A DNA stretch of 61,887 bases, the filler included. It is 9 parts of 9 records of this genome, joined end to end, with 100 filler letters (N's around TTAATTAATTAA, not from the genome) between each part and the next. Parts side by side here need not be neighbours in the genome. Positions count along the whole stretch, not along the records: positions 1 to 15,525 come from SRR15195285_3154; positions 15,626 to 21,364 come from SRR15195285_3157; positions 21,465 to 26,249 come from SRR15195285_3158; 6 more parts are not named here. One strand, given 5' to 3'. The position numbers and the translations under genes were made by a program. Positions within the stretch are counted from its first letter, which is position 1; each line of letters opens with the position of its first letter. Shown piece by piece: positions 11,099 through 22,870 of the stretch. A model generated the notes under the pieces. That model saw nothing but the letters and a program-made list of their open reading frames with translations. It did no database searches and was not told the DNA's origin.

Positions 11099-14000
11099 CT
11101 AATGAATAAACATGGCTGGCCCATCAATCGCAAGCAACCAGCCCTTTGCAGCGGGCACTTCGATTGTTGGCTTTGAGGCCGGTACATCGAGATCGGTTTG
11201 AAAGTTTTTGATCTCGCTAGCAGTGATTGTTGCAGAGACTGCCGACAATCCAAGCCTGGCCCAGTCGATGTTCAACGTGCAAGTTGTGTTGCCCGTGTTC
11301 GCCCAGCTAGCGACTGCTACCACAGCACGGGGCTTCTTCAACGTTGTCTCAGCGCCTGCCTCGCCGTACTGGGTCGCTTGGCTGCGCAAGTATACTGAGG
11401 CGAAGACTGCAGGCTGCGAACTGTTGCCTCCATGCTCAGTTATAGTTACAAGAGGCTTCGGGTCCCACCAACCCACCAATGCAACCCCGTCATCAACCAG
11501 TCCGAGCGAATCCCACGCTTTCCAGAGGTCTGGAGCTGGACGTGCGCCCTCAGCGAACAGCATGCCACGCCATAGATTTGGTGCTGTGAGTTGCTCAGCG
11601 TGTATCCCAAAGGGAATTCCCGACATTTCTACTAGCCACTGATCTGGTGGATAGTTGGGGGAGAACCCTTCGCCAAACCAGATCGAGTCGAGGAAAGCAA
11701 AGTGTGCCATGTAGATCAGGGCCGAGCAAGCATGTGGTGCGGAAGGGATCCCACAGTGGTACTTGTTGCAGGAGTGAAGGTCAAACAGACAGCCTGATCG
11801 GTGCTGGTCTACAGCTTTGCGCATCCGCATCATCGTCCCCCGGTCAAATGATAGCTCATCAAGGTATAAACCGTCTATAGCCGCAAACTTCGGATTATCT
11901 TGTGGCTGGGTGAGCCATTGCAGTCCCTGGATGTAGTAGTTCTCCCATCGAGTCAGACTTGTGTCGGCAATCGCTGCATCGGGGGATTCTCCACCACCAA
12001 GGCCGGTCGACCAGCGGACATGGTAGTCAGTTTGCAGATGTTCTTGAAGCCAGCTGGCGCCACCTCCACTCCCAGAATCAAAAAAGTGATCAATGGGAGT
12101 GGACAGCGCACGCAGCGTTGGCATTTCGTAACAACGATTCGAGAGCTCTCGGGTGGTATAGTAGATGCAAGTCGACTTCACTCCAAGAGACTTGGCCATA
12201 TTCGAAAAGTTGGCCTGCCTCTCCATAGCCATTGGGTTGAAAGCTGCAGCGCGCGCAACCAGCATGGATCAGGACACTCAGTGAAAGATGGAGTTGTCAA
12301 TATGGTGACGTACGATAATTGATGTACGGATTGAGATCCACGCCCTGGTGCAAATTGAGAATCTCGGTGCCCATGCCGGCAATCTCTGCTGGTCCCGCAT
12401 GTCCATTGTACCCGTATTGATAGTAACGATCACGGCGGAAGTGCCTCGGAGTATCCAGCTGCTTTGTTGGCGTGATCAGCAAATCAAAACGAAACATCAC
12501 TGGTGCATCCGGTGAGACGCTGACTATACCAGTCGAGGCTGTGATCTCTAAGCCACTGTTCGTTGGCAGAGCTGTGACCGCACCAGTTGCACCATCGCCA
12601 CCCCAAGATTTTGGCACAGTGGTGTCACTTTGCATGTGCAGCGGACTTTCCCAGTCAAACTCTGATCCCTTCAGCTTCAGCCGTAGCCCGGCGGTGCCCG
12701 ACCCAGCCCACAGCTGGTTCTCTCCACCCTTGTTTTGGCTCCAATGCCACTGAACACCCTCGGGATAACGCACTGAGCGATTGCCGCCAGTCTGAGCCAA
12801 CCCCATAAAGAAGGTTGAAGCAGCTTCTGGAATCGTCAGGGTCATCGTGGCATTTGTCAGTTGTTTCGTGTCGCTTTTCGTAGCCAACGAGAATGTCACG
12901 TCGACAAATCCGTCAAAGCTGACAACTACCGAACTGTTCAACTCGAGTGCACCATCGCTTGAACGAGTGACTGTTGCAATCGTCGCTGACATGTTGTCTT
13001 GCTGGACAACGCCTGGAGCACCGCCCGCGACCCATTCCACGCCCGGGACAGAGAATGAGATACCGTCAGCCACTACAGGCTGAGTGCGCACAGCAATGCT
13101 CTCGATCAGCTGCACCTTACTGCCCACAGTACCTGAGCCTACTTTGATCGTGCGTCCACCAGTGAGCGTCGCCATGGTACCCTCCAGCTCCAACGCATCG
13201 AATCCAGCAGTTATATTCCGATCGATGCCAACCCGTGAATCCAACCACCCAAGTCGCGCCATGCGCCACAAGTCATCCGCTCCAGCGTTGGGAATTGCCA
13301 CCCCTTGCACTACAAGGGAAACCTTGAGCTCTACTGCCTGCTGGCCCGCCTCACTCAAATGGACAGTTATCGTTCCAGTGTAGTTGCCGGCTGGCATTGT
13401 CGCTGGAACGTCCACGCCAAACCACAGCGCGCCAATGCCACGTGCTGGAATGGTTGTCGGCTGCTCAAACGTCGAGCCACGGTAGTCCACCCCACCAAGA
13501 TTGAAGCAACGGGTAGCGTTTGCTGATATAATGGCGTACTCCGATCGTAGGTCCGTCCAGCTCACATCCTTGGGAAGCAGTGTTAGGTTTACTGGGCCGC
13601 TGTTCCAGACACCGACTTGAAAAGCGAACAGCTCTCCCTTCGCTGCAGTGCCTGCGAGCAGCCTACTGGGACCACTATCAGCCCAGATCTGCGGGAGCTC
13701 ATCCAGCATCTTTATCTGGTTGGATCGATCCGTCGGAAAAAATTGCACTGGTTCCTTGTGCTTAGTCTGCATGGCGGCAACAGATGCCGCCGTAGCCACG
13801 ACTTCCATCGGCACGAAGCTTTGAAATGGCGTCTCGCTCTCAAGACTCACAGACAAGGCCTCAGGCAGATGTGGCCGAAAGCAGCCGTCGGAAAGGCAAG
13901 ACTGGCTCAGGTTGTGCTTTTGCAGCCATTCGGAGTCGGCGGTCTCAGTGTGTGCAGTGTAGTGTGCCTGTAGACTGAGGCCGGTCTGGCTGCCAGAGTC

Positions 14001-15150
14001 GGTGTATGGCATGTAATATAATGCGTATTGTGTTGCCATTGGGGCGGGCGGGGGAGGTGGAGGTGGTGGTGGTGGTGGGCCAGTTGGCGGGGCGTGACCA
14101 AACTGCACCTCCTTAATGTAGCTGTGCGACGGGGGTGTCTCGGCACTTCCACTGGTGCCACGACTCGAGATCTCCAAGCGGAAGTACCGAGACTTGCCTG
14201 CCGCACTTGGCCACCCATCAATCACGTTCGCGCCAGTTTCAGGATCAAGCACCAAAGAACCATTAAACAACGACTTCCAAGGCACTGTCGTGGCGCTGCG
14301 GCCGAGGAACGAGACATCCTTAGGGTTATGAATGGGCCACCATTGTGGGTCATCGCCCTTGGACACCGAATAAATGGCGAGTCTGTCGACAGGGGTTGTT
14401 GGCACAACCCCGAGATCCATCTCGAGGAACTCGACCCCGTCCTTGCCGGCTGCACCGTCCCAACCTTCGCTAGGGCGCCCAGGCGCATCGTTGAAAAGTA
14501 TTTTCCCATCAGCTGCTTTCCAGCAAGGCCAACTGTCCCCTTGACTACCACTGCAGGCTGTGACGATGCTCTTAGCCGCTGTGCCGTGGTTCACAATCCA
14601 GCCGTCCTTGTTAGGGCCTGGCGGAGCCGGCGGCACGCCACCCTCAGCCGTTGGCATGAACACGAACGTAAGTGCTTCGCTGTCCCGTATGCTCGGGCCG
14701 GCAGGAGATCGAACAACATTGCGCACCACATCCCCGGAGGATGCCACGGTGAGCACAGCCGCCGTTGTCGTCGTGTTCGGAACTGCCCGACGCTGCACAC
14801 AGTATAGAATAATGCGGCTTCAAGTCAATTGTGTGAGGAGAGATCGCCCGAGCGCTTCTCCCGTTCCCAAGTCGACTTGTGGGCGGGGGAAGAAAAGCTC
14901 GCGTTTTGCTCTCCAGTTCACATGAGTGGTACTACAAGTACGGGAGACGCACCTGCCAAGGGATGGTTGCGAATGCCGCTGCACCAGGTGTATGTGATTC
15001 GGGCAGCGTAATGATCGCCCGGTGCTGGCCCAGGCCGTGCACCCAGCTAAAATTTGCCATACCCGAGGGCATCAGTGTCGCATGCGCAGCGGCTCCCTCG
15101 GGGGCGGCGTGCGCCAGGAGCACCAGGGGGAAAGCCAACGAACACGCCAT
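11099..15150 (-). CDS. Secreted DUF6067-family (GH123-like) glycoside hydrolase with inserted F5/8 type C (CBM32-like) domain; exons 15150-14953, 14792-12314, 12243-11099
   Basis: Signal peptide MACSLAFPLVLLAHA; motifs LGQHRAII, IPWQ|RRA, YALYYMPY, LWRMARLGWLDS, NLHQGVDLNPYINY|PF, YYTTRELSNR, DGLYLDELSFDR and WLVEMSGIPFG. Introns 14793-14952 and 12244-12313 restore the conserved motifs. Confidence 0.85.
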
Positions 15151-15525
15151 TTGTCCAGTCACGCGTATGGAGCGCGCCGCGTGAAGTTCGTTCGTTCTTT
15201 CCACTCGCGCAAACCGCCAATTTTTGGAGCCTACACCGATGTTCCCCCGCCTGTCTGCGCCACGCCCTGGTGCCAGGAGGAGAGCGACACTAGCTAGCGA
15301 GCGCCGCCTCTCTGCTCTCTGCCGCTCTGCTACGGCTAGGGGTCCCGCGCGGAGGGCGCCGCCGGCGCGCACGCGCGACGCGATGAATGATACCGGAAAG
15401 CGGAATTATGCGCATGCATGTACCGGTACATACAGTACCAGGTAGTAGCAGTTTTGAGTGTATTTACATTATAGTAGGACCATACCTTCGGCTGCACCTC
15501 TCGAGGTCTGATTCAGGACCCAAAA

Positions 15526-15625
15526 NNNNNNNNNNNNNNNNNNNNNNNNNNNNNNNNNNNNNNNNNNNNTTAATTAATTAANNNNNNNNNNNNNNNNNNN
15601 NNNNNNNNNNNNNNNNNNNNNNNNN
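15526..15625. other. Artificial contig linker
   Basis: N44-TTAATTAATTAA-N44, with stops in all six frames. Confidence 0.99.
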
Positions 15626-15821
15626 GGGCAGCAACAGAAGAAGAAGAAGCTGACAGAGAAGCGGACGGAGAAGCGCAGGCAACGCACAGATCGGCGGCGG
15701 GTACGGCTTGCTTGGGATTTAGTCCGCGGGTGTAGGGGGTGCTGCGTTGGGTGACGGCGTTGGGCGCCGACGACCTCGGGAGCGGCAGCAAGGGACGCAA
15801 GGGAGGAGGAAGGAGAGGGTG

Positions 15822-17251
15822 ATGCCGTCGCGGTCGCACCGCCCGAACGCGCCGCCGGAGCCGCCGATCACGCGCGAGCAGGCGGCGATCGCGAGCAAGG
15901 TGCTGCACAAAGCGTGGGACTGCGGGCACGCGCTCGGGGCGTCACAGCTCACGCAGGCGGAGAAGGACCGCATCGTCGCGGAGATCAACGCGTGAGTACT
16001 CTCCCGCTCGACCTCTCCTCCCGCACTCTGGATTTCGAGGCACACGACTCACGTGCCCATGCCGAATCGTGCGCAGGCTCTTTGTCGCGCACGGCACCGC
16101 GCCGCTGTACAGCATGCGGAAGCTCCAGGACTGGACCTCCAACCAGCTCTACCGCTGGCGTGCCGCGCTCAAGAAGGGCGTGAAGCCGCCCAGTCCCGCC
16201 CTGCGCAAGCACATCGCCACCACCGGCGCGTCCGAGGAGTCCGTGGTCGCTGCCGCTGCCGCGCCCAAGCCCAAGCCCGCTGCGGCGCCGGCCGCGGCCG
16301 AGGGACGCAAACCAAGGTGCCGGAGCTCGCGACGCAAATCTCCCGAGGCGAAGGACGCCACGTTGCGCGTGAAGCCAACAATCGAGAAGAAGGCCGCGGG
16401 CCGCGCTCCTGAGAAGAACAAGGCGAAGAAGGAGCAGAAGCCCCCCCCCCGAGCCCTCACCCGAGCCCTCACCCGAGCCCACACCCGAGCCCTCGCTTGA
16501 GCCCGACGCGCTGACGAGGGAAGTCTCAATCACGACGGCGCTCGAGTCCGTCGAGCTCCCTGAGTTTGGCCACGAGGAGATGCAGGAAGTGGCCATCCGC
16601 CAGGCCCTAGACCACGCGGCCTCAGGTCAGGCCGACGAGGCGTGGACCACGCAGCGCCAGGAGGCTGCTGAGAAGCAGGCCGAGCCGGGCACGAGCACGC
16701 CGGTGACCGTGAGTGCGCCTGTGAGCACCCCGATACTCATCCCGGAAGAGCCTCCGGTGCAAGATGTGGAGCAGCTGTTGTTCATGGAGGAGGAGCCGAG
16801 CGAACGGAGCGAAGCTGGCGGTCGAACTTCGCCAGTGTGGGAGGCGGAGGGCAGCAGTGGTGTTTCCTCTCCGGAGCTGTTCTCGCCGCGGCCGCCGAGC
16901 CAGCTCACGAAACGGCGCAGCCTGGCCCCGTTTGAAGACGATGTCATGGAGGAAGCAGAGCACCAGCCAGTGATGATCACAGAGCCGCTGTCGTTTGCCA
17001 AGGCAGACAACGAGCGGACTCCCCTCACACGCCTGACCAGCTGGTCCGCTCTCGACTCGCTGAGCAATAGCTTGAGCCTCTTGGACCCCAGTGTGCCGGT
17101 CTCGCTCGAGAGGTGTGAGAGCTCGAAGGATGTAGATGACCCAGCGTTCTCTAACGCGCTGTCAGAGTGGGGCAGCACGACGCTGACACGGCAGCGCAGC
17201 TGGGGCGCGCCGCTTCAACCTTTTGCAAACTGCGATTTCGTAGTAGAATGA
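15822..17251 (+). CDS. Putative transcription factor with divergent homeodomain-like N-terminal helices and a long disordered acidic/Ser-Pro tail; intron 15992-16076; apparent frameshift in C10 run at 16441-16450
   Basis: Spliced N-terminus ...LTQAEKDRIVAEINA|LFVAHGTAPLYSMRKLQDWTSNQLYRWR, a basic region, then PEPS repeats that continue into ORF 16580-17251 if one C is removed. Confidence 0.55.
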
Positions 17252-17442
17252 GACGACACTAGAGCCAAAAGCAAGTATCACAGTGCGTTGCTACTTGCTG
17301 CTAATGCATCACTACATATTTTCTCTAGTTGGGGACGCAATGCGACTTATCGACAGAGCACCATTCAGTGTTTTCTCTCTCGTGTTTTGACAAAGCGACC
17401 ACATGGCTCTTACAAATGCGCGCAGCCACACGCTCGGCCCAG

Positions 17443-20400
17443 CTAGCCTTCCTTCTCGGCATCAACATTCACGTCTGCTGCAGGAGGAGCAGAAGGCTCA
17501 TTCGTCTCCGCATCATCGAAGTTAGCCTCAAAGGCCGCTTCAAAATCTGCGGCCGCCCCTGTCCCTGTGCCACTATCCTCTGAAATCGCGTTGTCTGCAC
17601 CGCCAGATGTGCTCCCATCTACGACTGGTTCAGGCACTGGAGCTGGTTGCAGTGGAGGGTCTGCCTCGAATGCAGCAAACGCGTCGCCGCCAGTGCTGCC
17701 GTCTGCAGCGTCGCCGAAGTTTGCCCAGCCGTCGGCATCGTCGTCTACGGGGCACACAGCAGGCATGGTGATTCAGATTTCGCCCAACCGGCAGAGATGG
17801 CAGCAGAATGTGTGGTGCTAGATTGTACCGTCATCATCTGGCCGTAGCCCACTGAACGATGAGTCCATCCGTCCTCCTCCTACCGCTCCACCGCTGCCTT
17901 CGCTTCCATCATTAATGAGGTCTCCTCCGCCACCGCCGCCACTTGCTGATAGCGCAGCAAACGCATCTTCCATCTCCTCTTTCTCACCCGCATCAAACTC
18001 TCCATTGATACCGCTGCCGCCCTCATCGTTGTTGTTTTTGTCAGTGTTATCGTTCGTATCACCCTGCGAGCCTGCACAGGGTTCATAGAACAACCGCGAA
18101 ACTTAGACAAGTAGGCCAGGCGCTGTTGATGCGTTGGCGCGGAAAGTTTGTGGCTTACCGAAGCCTCCTATGCCCAGCTCATCATTGCTCGACTCCGACT
18201 CCAGTGAGAAGCCAGTGCGGCCGCCTCCGATCGGCTGTTCGTTTACCTCTTTCAGGCTTGACAACACTCCTCTGCAGAGGATGACCGCAACAGGGAGCCA
18301 TTAGACATGACAATGCACCAGAGATACTTCAGCGCACAAGCGGGCACGCGGGGCTGCAGCTGGAGTTGCACAGCTCGGTTCCGCTCACCCCTCCTTGCTA
18401 AGATCAACCCAACCTGCTGCAACGTCACCCTCTAGTGCCGCCACCGCAGCTGTTACGGACTCTGCATCGGACTCTGACAGCTCCGCCGCAAGCAAGTGCA
18501 GCTGGCCAAAGTAGCCAGCTCGCTGAAAAACATCGTCCTGCTTAAGGTCGTAGCTGCAAGTGGCATTTTCAAGTCAACATGTGTCACAAGATGCTCATTC
18601 ATGCAAGTCGGCGAAGTTCCAGCGGGAAGTGGTATACAGAAAGACACGCAGCGGACGCACCCCTCAAAGGCGCCGACAATGTTCTCACACAGCTTTCCTT
18701 CCACTAAGATCGATCTCACCAGGTCGAAGTTCTCTGGTGACGCCACCTCGTGCACCGACGTCCGAACCTGAGAAATATGGGAGTCACCGCGGCACGACTG
18801 TGTCAAACTCAGCACACATCTAGACACAGTCGAATCACAGCTAAAGTATAAAGCACCGGACAACTATCTGGGCTGCTCTTTTCAGTCGGAGCTGGGTCGA
18901 GAGCAACGAAAGGCCGGAGCCGTTGGCAGGCAGTTCCCTTAGTCGCGCGCACGTACGATCTGGAGGACCAGGTTGTGCAGCAGGTTGTTGAACGGTAAGG
19001 CGAAGAATAGCGCAACAATCGGCTGAGCGAGTGAGCTCGACACAAACATTCCAGCAACCTCTGCCGACCTGTCGGCATCAAAGACAACCACACACCCCAG
19101 CGGTCACACGAATGCTCGGAATCACTAGCGCTCTTCGCTGCAGGCAAACGCACCCGGAGCGCAGCATCGCCACCAGGAAGTGGATCAGCCCCAGCCGTGC
19201 CGAGCCCAGTGTTTCCCGCACCTCCCCAAACGTCAGGACACAGGCCCCGGCCGTGGGGGCCTTTTTCAACGCCTCTGCAAACTCGCCGCCTTTCCCGGCC
19301 AGCTTCTGTAGTATTTCGGGTGTGCTGTCGCCGTCATCTTGACGCTCCATTTGCTCCTCGCGCATCATCTCGAGCAGTGCGGTCAGCACTGACATAGCGT
19401 GCATCCGCGTCGGCTCCGACTCGGAAATGCAGAATTCCACCTGCGCATCGGCACGTCACGTCAGCACGCTACGTCACACTAGACGGGCATGGCTTGCAAC
19501 GCACGAGCTTGTCGGTGCACTCTGCGCTCGTCAGCTGCTCGACCAGCGGGGCGGTTGGGGCGTCCGGGAAATCATTGCAACTGCCGTTTTGCAGCAGCCC
19601 CTTCAGAATCGTCGCCGCACTCGCGCGCGCATCTGGGCCGGCGGGCGGGGAAATCTGGTCCACCAGTCGCGCGATGACCTTCTGCTCCACGAGAAACTCG
19701 GTCGGAAGAAGCGGTGCCTCGACCTGCATTCCTGCGCCCAGCAGGTTGGTGAAGAAGTCTGCTACGCAGAGGCTCGTGCTGTGCCTGAGGAGCTTGTCGA
19801 TTACGTCCGGATTTTCGACGAAGTAATCCTCGCTCCGCTCCGGGCGCTTGCGCATCAGCACCACCAGGATCTTGCAGAAGTAACCGACCAACAGTGTGTC
19901 CAGCTCGTCGTCCTTGTCGATGAACTGCTTGTGCGTGCGTGCCACCCACGCACAGATCAGATCCGAGCGGCAGCGGACGGGTGCGATATGGCGGGGCGCA
20001 CTCACCTCCATGAAGCTCGCAAACAGGCCCGGTGAGTCGAAGACAACATCGATGATCTCCGTCAGCTCGCACGAGAAGATCTCGTACGCCAGATACGGCA
20101 GCTTGTACTTCACCTCATCGCCAGCATCGTCGGCCACCTCTGTAGTGAGGTAGCCCAGCAGCGTCCCGACAACATCTGGCTGCTTTAAGCTGCGGGAAGC
20201 GAAGGATGGGCAGCCATCAGCGGGAGTCGCGCGGCTTCCACACAATCTCCGGGGTGATTGCAATCAAAGCGCGCGGGGGCAGAGAACCCGGCAGGTGCTC
20301 ACAAGTCCACCAGCTTCGGGTTGATCGCCTTGCACTCCTGGATGAGCTCCTCCTCCGCGAGGATCTCGTCCAGCGTCACCCCCTACGAACGCACGGCACC

Positions 20401-20985
20401 ACACACGCACGCACGCACACTCAGCCCAGCCCAGCGATCGCACCCCCACACAGCGCTCAGCGGCGGCGGTGCCTCGTGCGACGCAGGGAGAGCAGCGCGT
20501 CGACTCACCTCCTTATCGAGCACCGCATCGATCGGCGACGGCTGATTGAACCCGAATTGCCAGACTGCATCGCCCACATCACGCCAACAACACACACACA
20601 CACAGCCTCAGCCATCAGCCATCAGCCACCAGCCAGTGTTCCAGTCTTGTGTGGCCTATGTCTGCCTGCCACTCTGTCGGTCTGTGTTTGTCTCTCTGTC
20701 TCCTCTGAGGCAGACAGAGGCAGAGAGACAGGGACATGTGTACGGCATTGTGTGCACCGGCTGTGTCCCTCTCTCCCTCTGCCTGTCCCTCCGCCTGCCT
20801 CTCCTCACTCTGTCCCTACCTGCCTGCATAGCGTGGCTATCCTCCCCCCTCCCCTACCCCTATCCCTCTGCCTCTCTCTGCCTAGTGTTTCTCTCTCTCT
20901 CTCTCTGTGGCATCCGCTGTCTCCTCCACCATGGCGTGGCATCGCAGAGACCACGGAAGCCTGCTGGAAAAGCACACTTACACAT
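17443..20985 (-). CDS. SIT4/PP6 phosphatase-associated protein (SAPS family), multi-exon
   Basis: 4-nt first coding exon ATGT|gtaagt (20985-20982) spliced to 20564 gives MFWQFGFNQPSPIDAVLDKE, then GVTLDEILAEEELIQECKAINPKLVDFL, KYKLPYLAYEIFSCE, LVGYFCKILVVL and LGSARL; acidic tail with WANF motif. Confidence 0.9.
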
Positions 20986-21364
20986 ATAGATCGATATATA
21001 TCCCGATACAAAACTCAATTTCGGTGCGGAAGTATCTACGAGATTGTGACAGATCGCTCCCCCAGTCAAGTGTATGGTGTGGGGGGAAATCGGGGCGACC
21101 ACTCTCCGCTGGGCGCCTCAGAGGGCCATCGGACGCGCCTCGACGATGCGCTGAGGGAGTACGGAGAACGCACTGAGGAATGCAGTGGATCAGTTTGACC
21201 GCCTCGAGATTCGATTGTTTTCTGAGGTGCTTGACGCTGAATATGGTGAATCGAGTGAAGTTTTGACATACTACTATTCATCAGAGTACGATTCATAGTC
21301 CCCATCCACCGGGGGGTCTCCCATACATTTTCAGCAGTCAAGTCAGAATTTGCATTTGATAAAC

Positions 21365-21464
21365 NNNNNNNNNNNNNNNNNNNNNNNNNNNNNNNNNNNN
21401 NNNNNNNNTTAATTAATTAANNNNNNNNNNNNNNNNNNNNNNNNNNNNNNNNNNNNNNNNNNNN
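21365..21464. other. Artificial contig linker
   Basis: N44-TTAATTAATTAA-N44. Confidence 0.99.
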
Positions 21465-22033
21465 CGGCAGGCGCGCGCGCGCGCGCGCGCGCGGCGCCGG
21501 CGCTCGCGCCGGCTCGCGGCTGCTGGACTGCATGCGCATGGCTGCCTGCCTCTCGCGACTCCCCGAGCACGAGTGCAGATCCTGGGATCCCGGCGCGCGG
21601 ATCGTGCAGGCATGAAAAACCAAGGTAATCGAAATGCCATGACGCATGAGGCTTGAGCCTTGAGGTCAGGCAGCCCAGCAGGACCATGCGGCAGATGCTG
21701 AGATCACGAACAGACCGGAGGGGAAGCAAAGCGGGAACGTCCCCGCTGGCGGTCCCACACGCGACACGGGTGAAATAAGCCGACGGTGCGGATCGATAGC
21801 GTCTCACTCTGGTCTCTCGCTCCAGGTCGATTCTCACTTTTCTCTTCGATTTCCTTTCGATTTTTGTGCAGTATGTACTGGAAAATTGTACCATTCTGCA
21901 GGACCAACTTTGAAACTCAGCCCGTCGCCGCCGGGGGGTTGTACTGAGAATCGAGTGGTCGCCGCCGCCGATGGGCTGAGGCGCGTGCTGTGTGGCGCGG
22001 CACTGCGGAGCCCCAGGCCGAGAACCGCATTGG

Positions 22034-22781
22034 ATGTCGGGCGGCGGCGCCGCGCAGTCCGCAGCGGTCGACGGCGGGGTGGTCAGTATCTCGCGGGTGC
22101 GTGGGGGTGGCTGCTTCGGCGACACGGCGCACCGCATCGAGATTGGGGTGTTCAGTCTGGCGGAGTGCGCGGATAAGGTGCGGCTCAACGCCCAGTGCAG
22201 CCCGTTCTTCGAGTTTGATACGGGGAATAGTGGCGGTGTGCCCGGTCATGGGTGGTGTGGCTGCGGCGCGGCCGGCGGCAACGAGTGTGCGGGAGCAGAC
22301 GAGCCGACTTCCTCCAGCGCCATCTACAAAGTGGTCTTCACGCCAGACAGTCGCTGGGGCTTCTTCTTCCTTCTCTTTGGCACAATCGCGTTGGCGATAT
22401 ACCTGGGAGGAGGGATAGTTCTGGGTCGAAGACAAGGGCGAGATGCCCAGAGCGGCGGTGGGATCACCGACGCAGTGGCTGTCCATCCACACTCCGGGCA
22501 GTGGTGCGTCCACACCGAAGCAGCTTGACACCCACCGCTCCCAGCTCCGCATCTAGTGCATCTTTCACTCTCAAAGAGTGCTGCTATCCGGTACCTATAG
22601 GCGAGCGGTGTTTGGCCTGGTGCAAGATGGTGTTGTGTTTACAAAAGCAAAGATTGCAGAAAGATCATCGGCATCTGATGGATACGAAGCTGTGCCTGAA
22701 ACAGCAGTCGCTGCGAACACAGCGACTGTTGGCGCCGACGGCGTGGACAGTGGCGGTTCCGATGACGAACTAGTTGAGTAA
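22034..22781 (+). CDS. Single-pass membrane protein with small Cys-rich lumenal domain and ATG27/cation-dependent M6PR-like tail; intron 22504-22600; start uncertain
   Basis: TM WGFFFLLFGTIALAIYLGGGIVL, then HPHSGQW|RAVFGLVQDGVVFT, a YEAV (YxxPhi) motif and an acidic DDELVE end. Confidence 0.6.
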
Positions 22782-22870
22782 AGTGTAGTGCACGCGGTGG
22801 TGTGCATGTGTGGGCCGGAGATTCGATGCTGTGCATTCAACAAATGTGCATCGTTACCCTCAGCCGTTGG

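Noticed and set aside
16441-16500. C10 frameshift and 12-bp repeats as phase variation or a CRISPR-like array
   Set aside because: The repeats encode PEPS with no spacers; a homopolymer length error is the simplest explanation of the frameshift.
20206-21198. 330-aa plus-strand ORF
   Set aside because: Low-complexity translation of SAPS introns and exons on the opposite strand.
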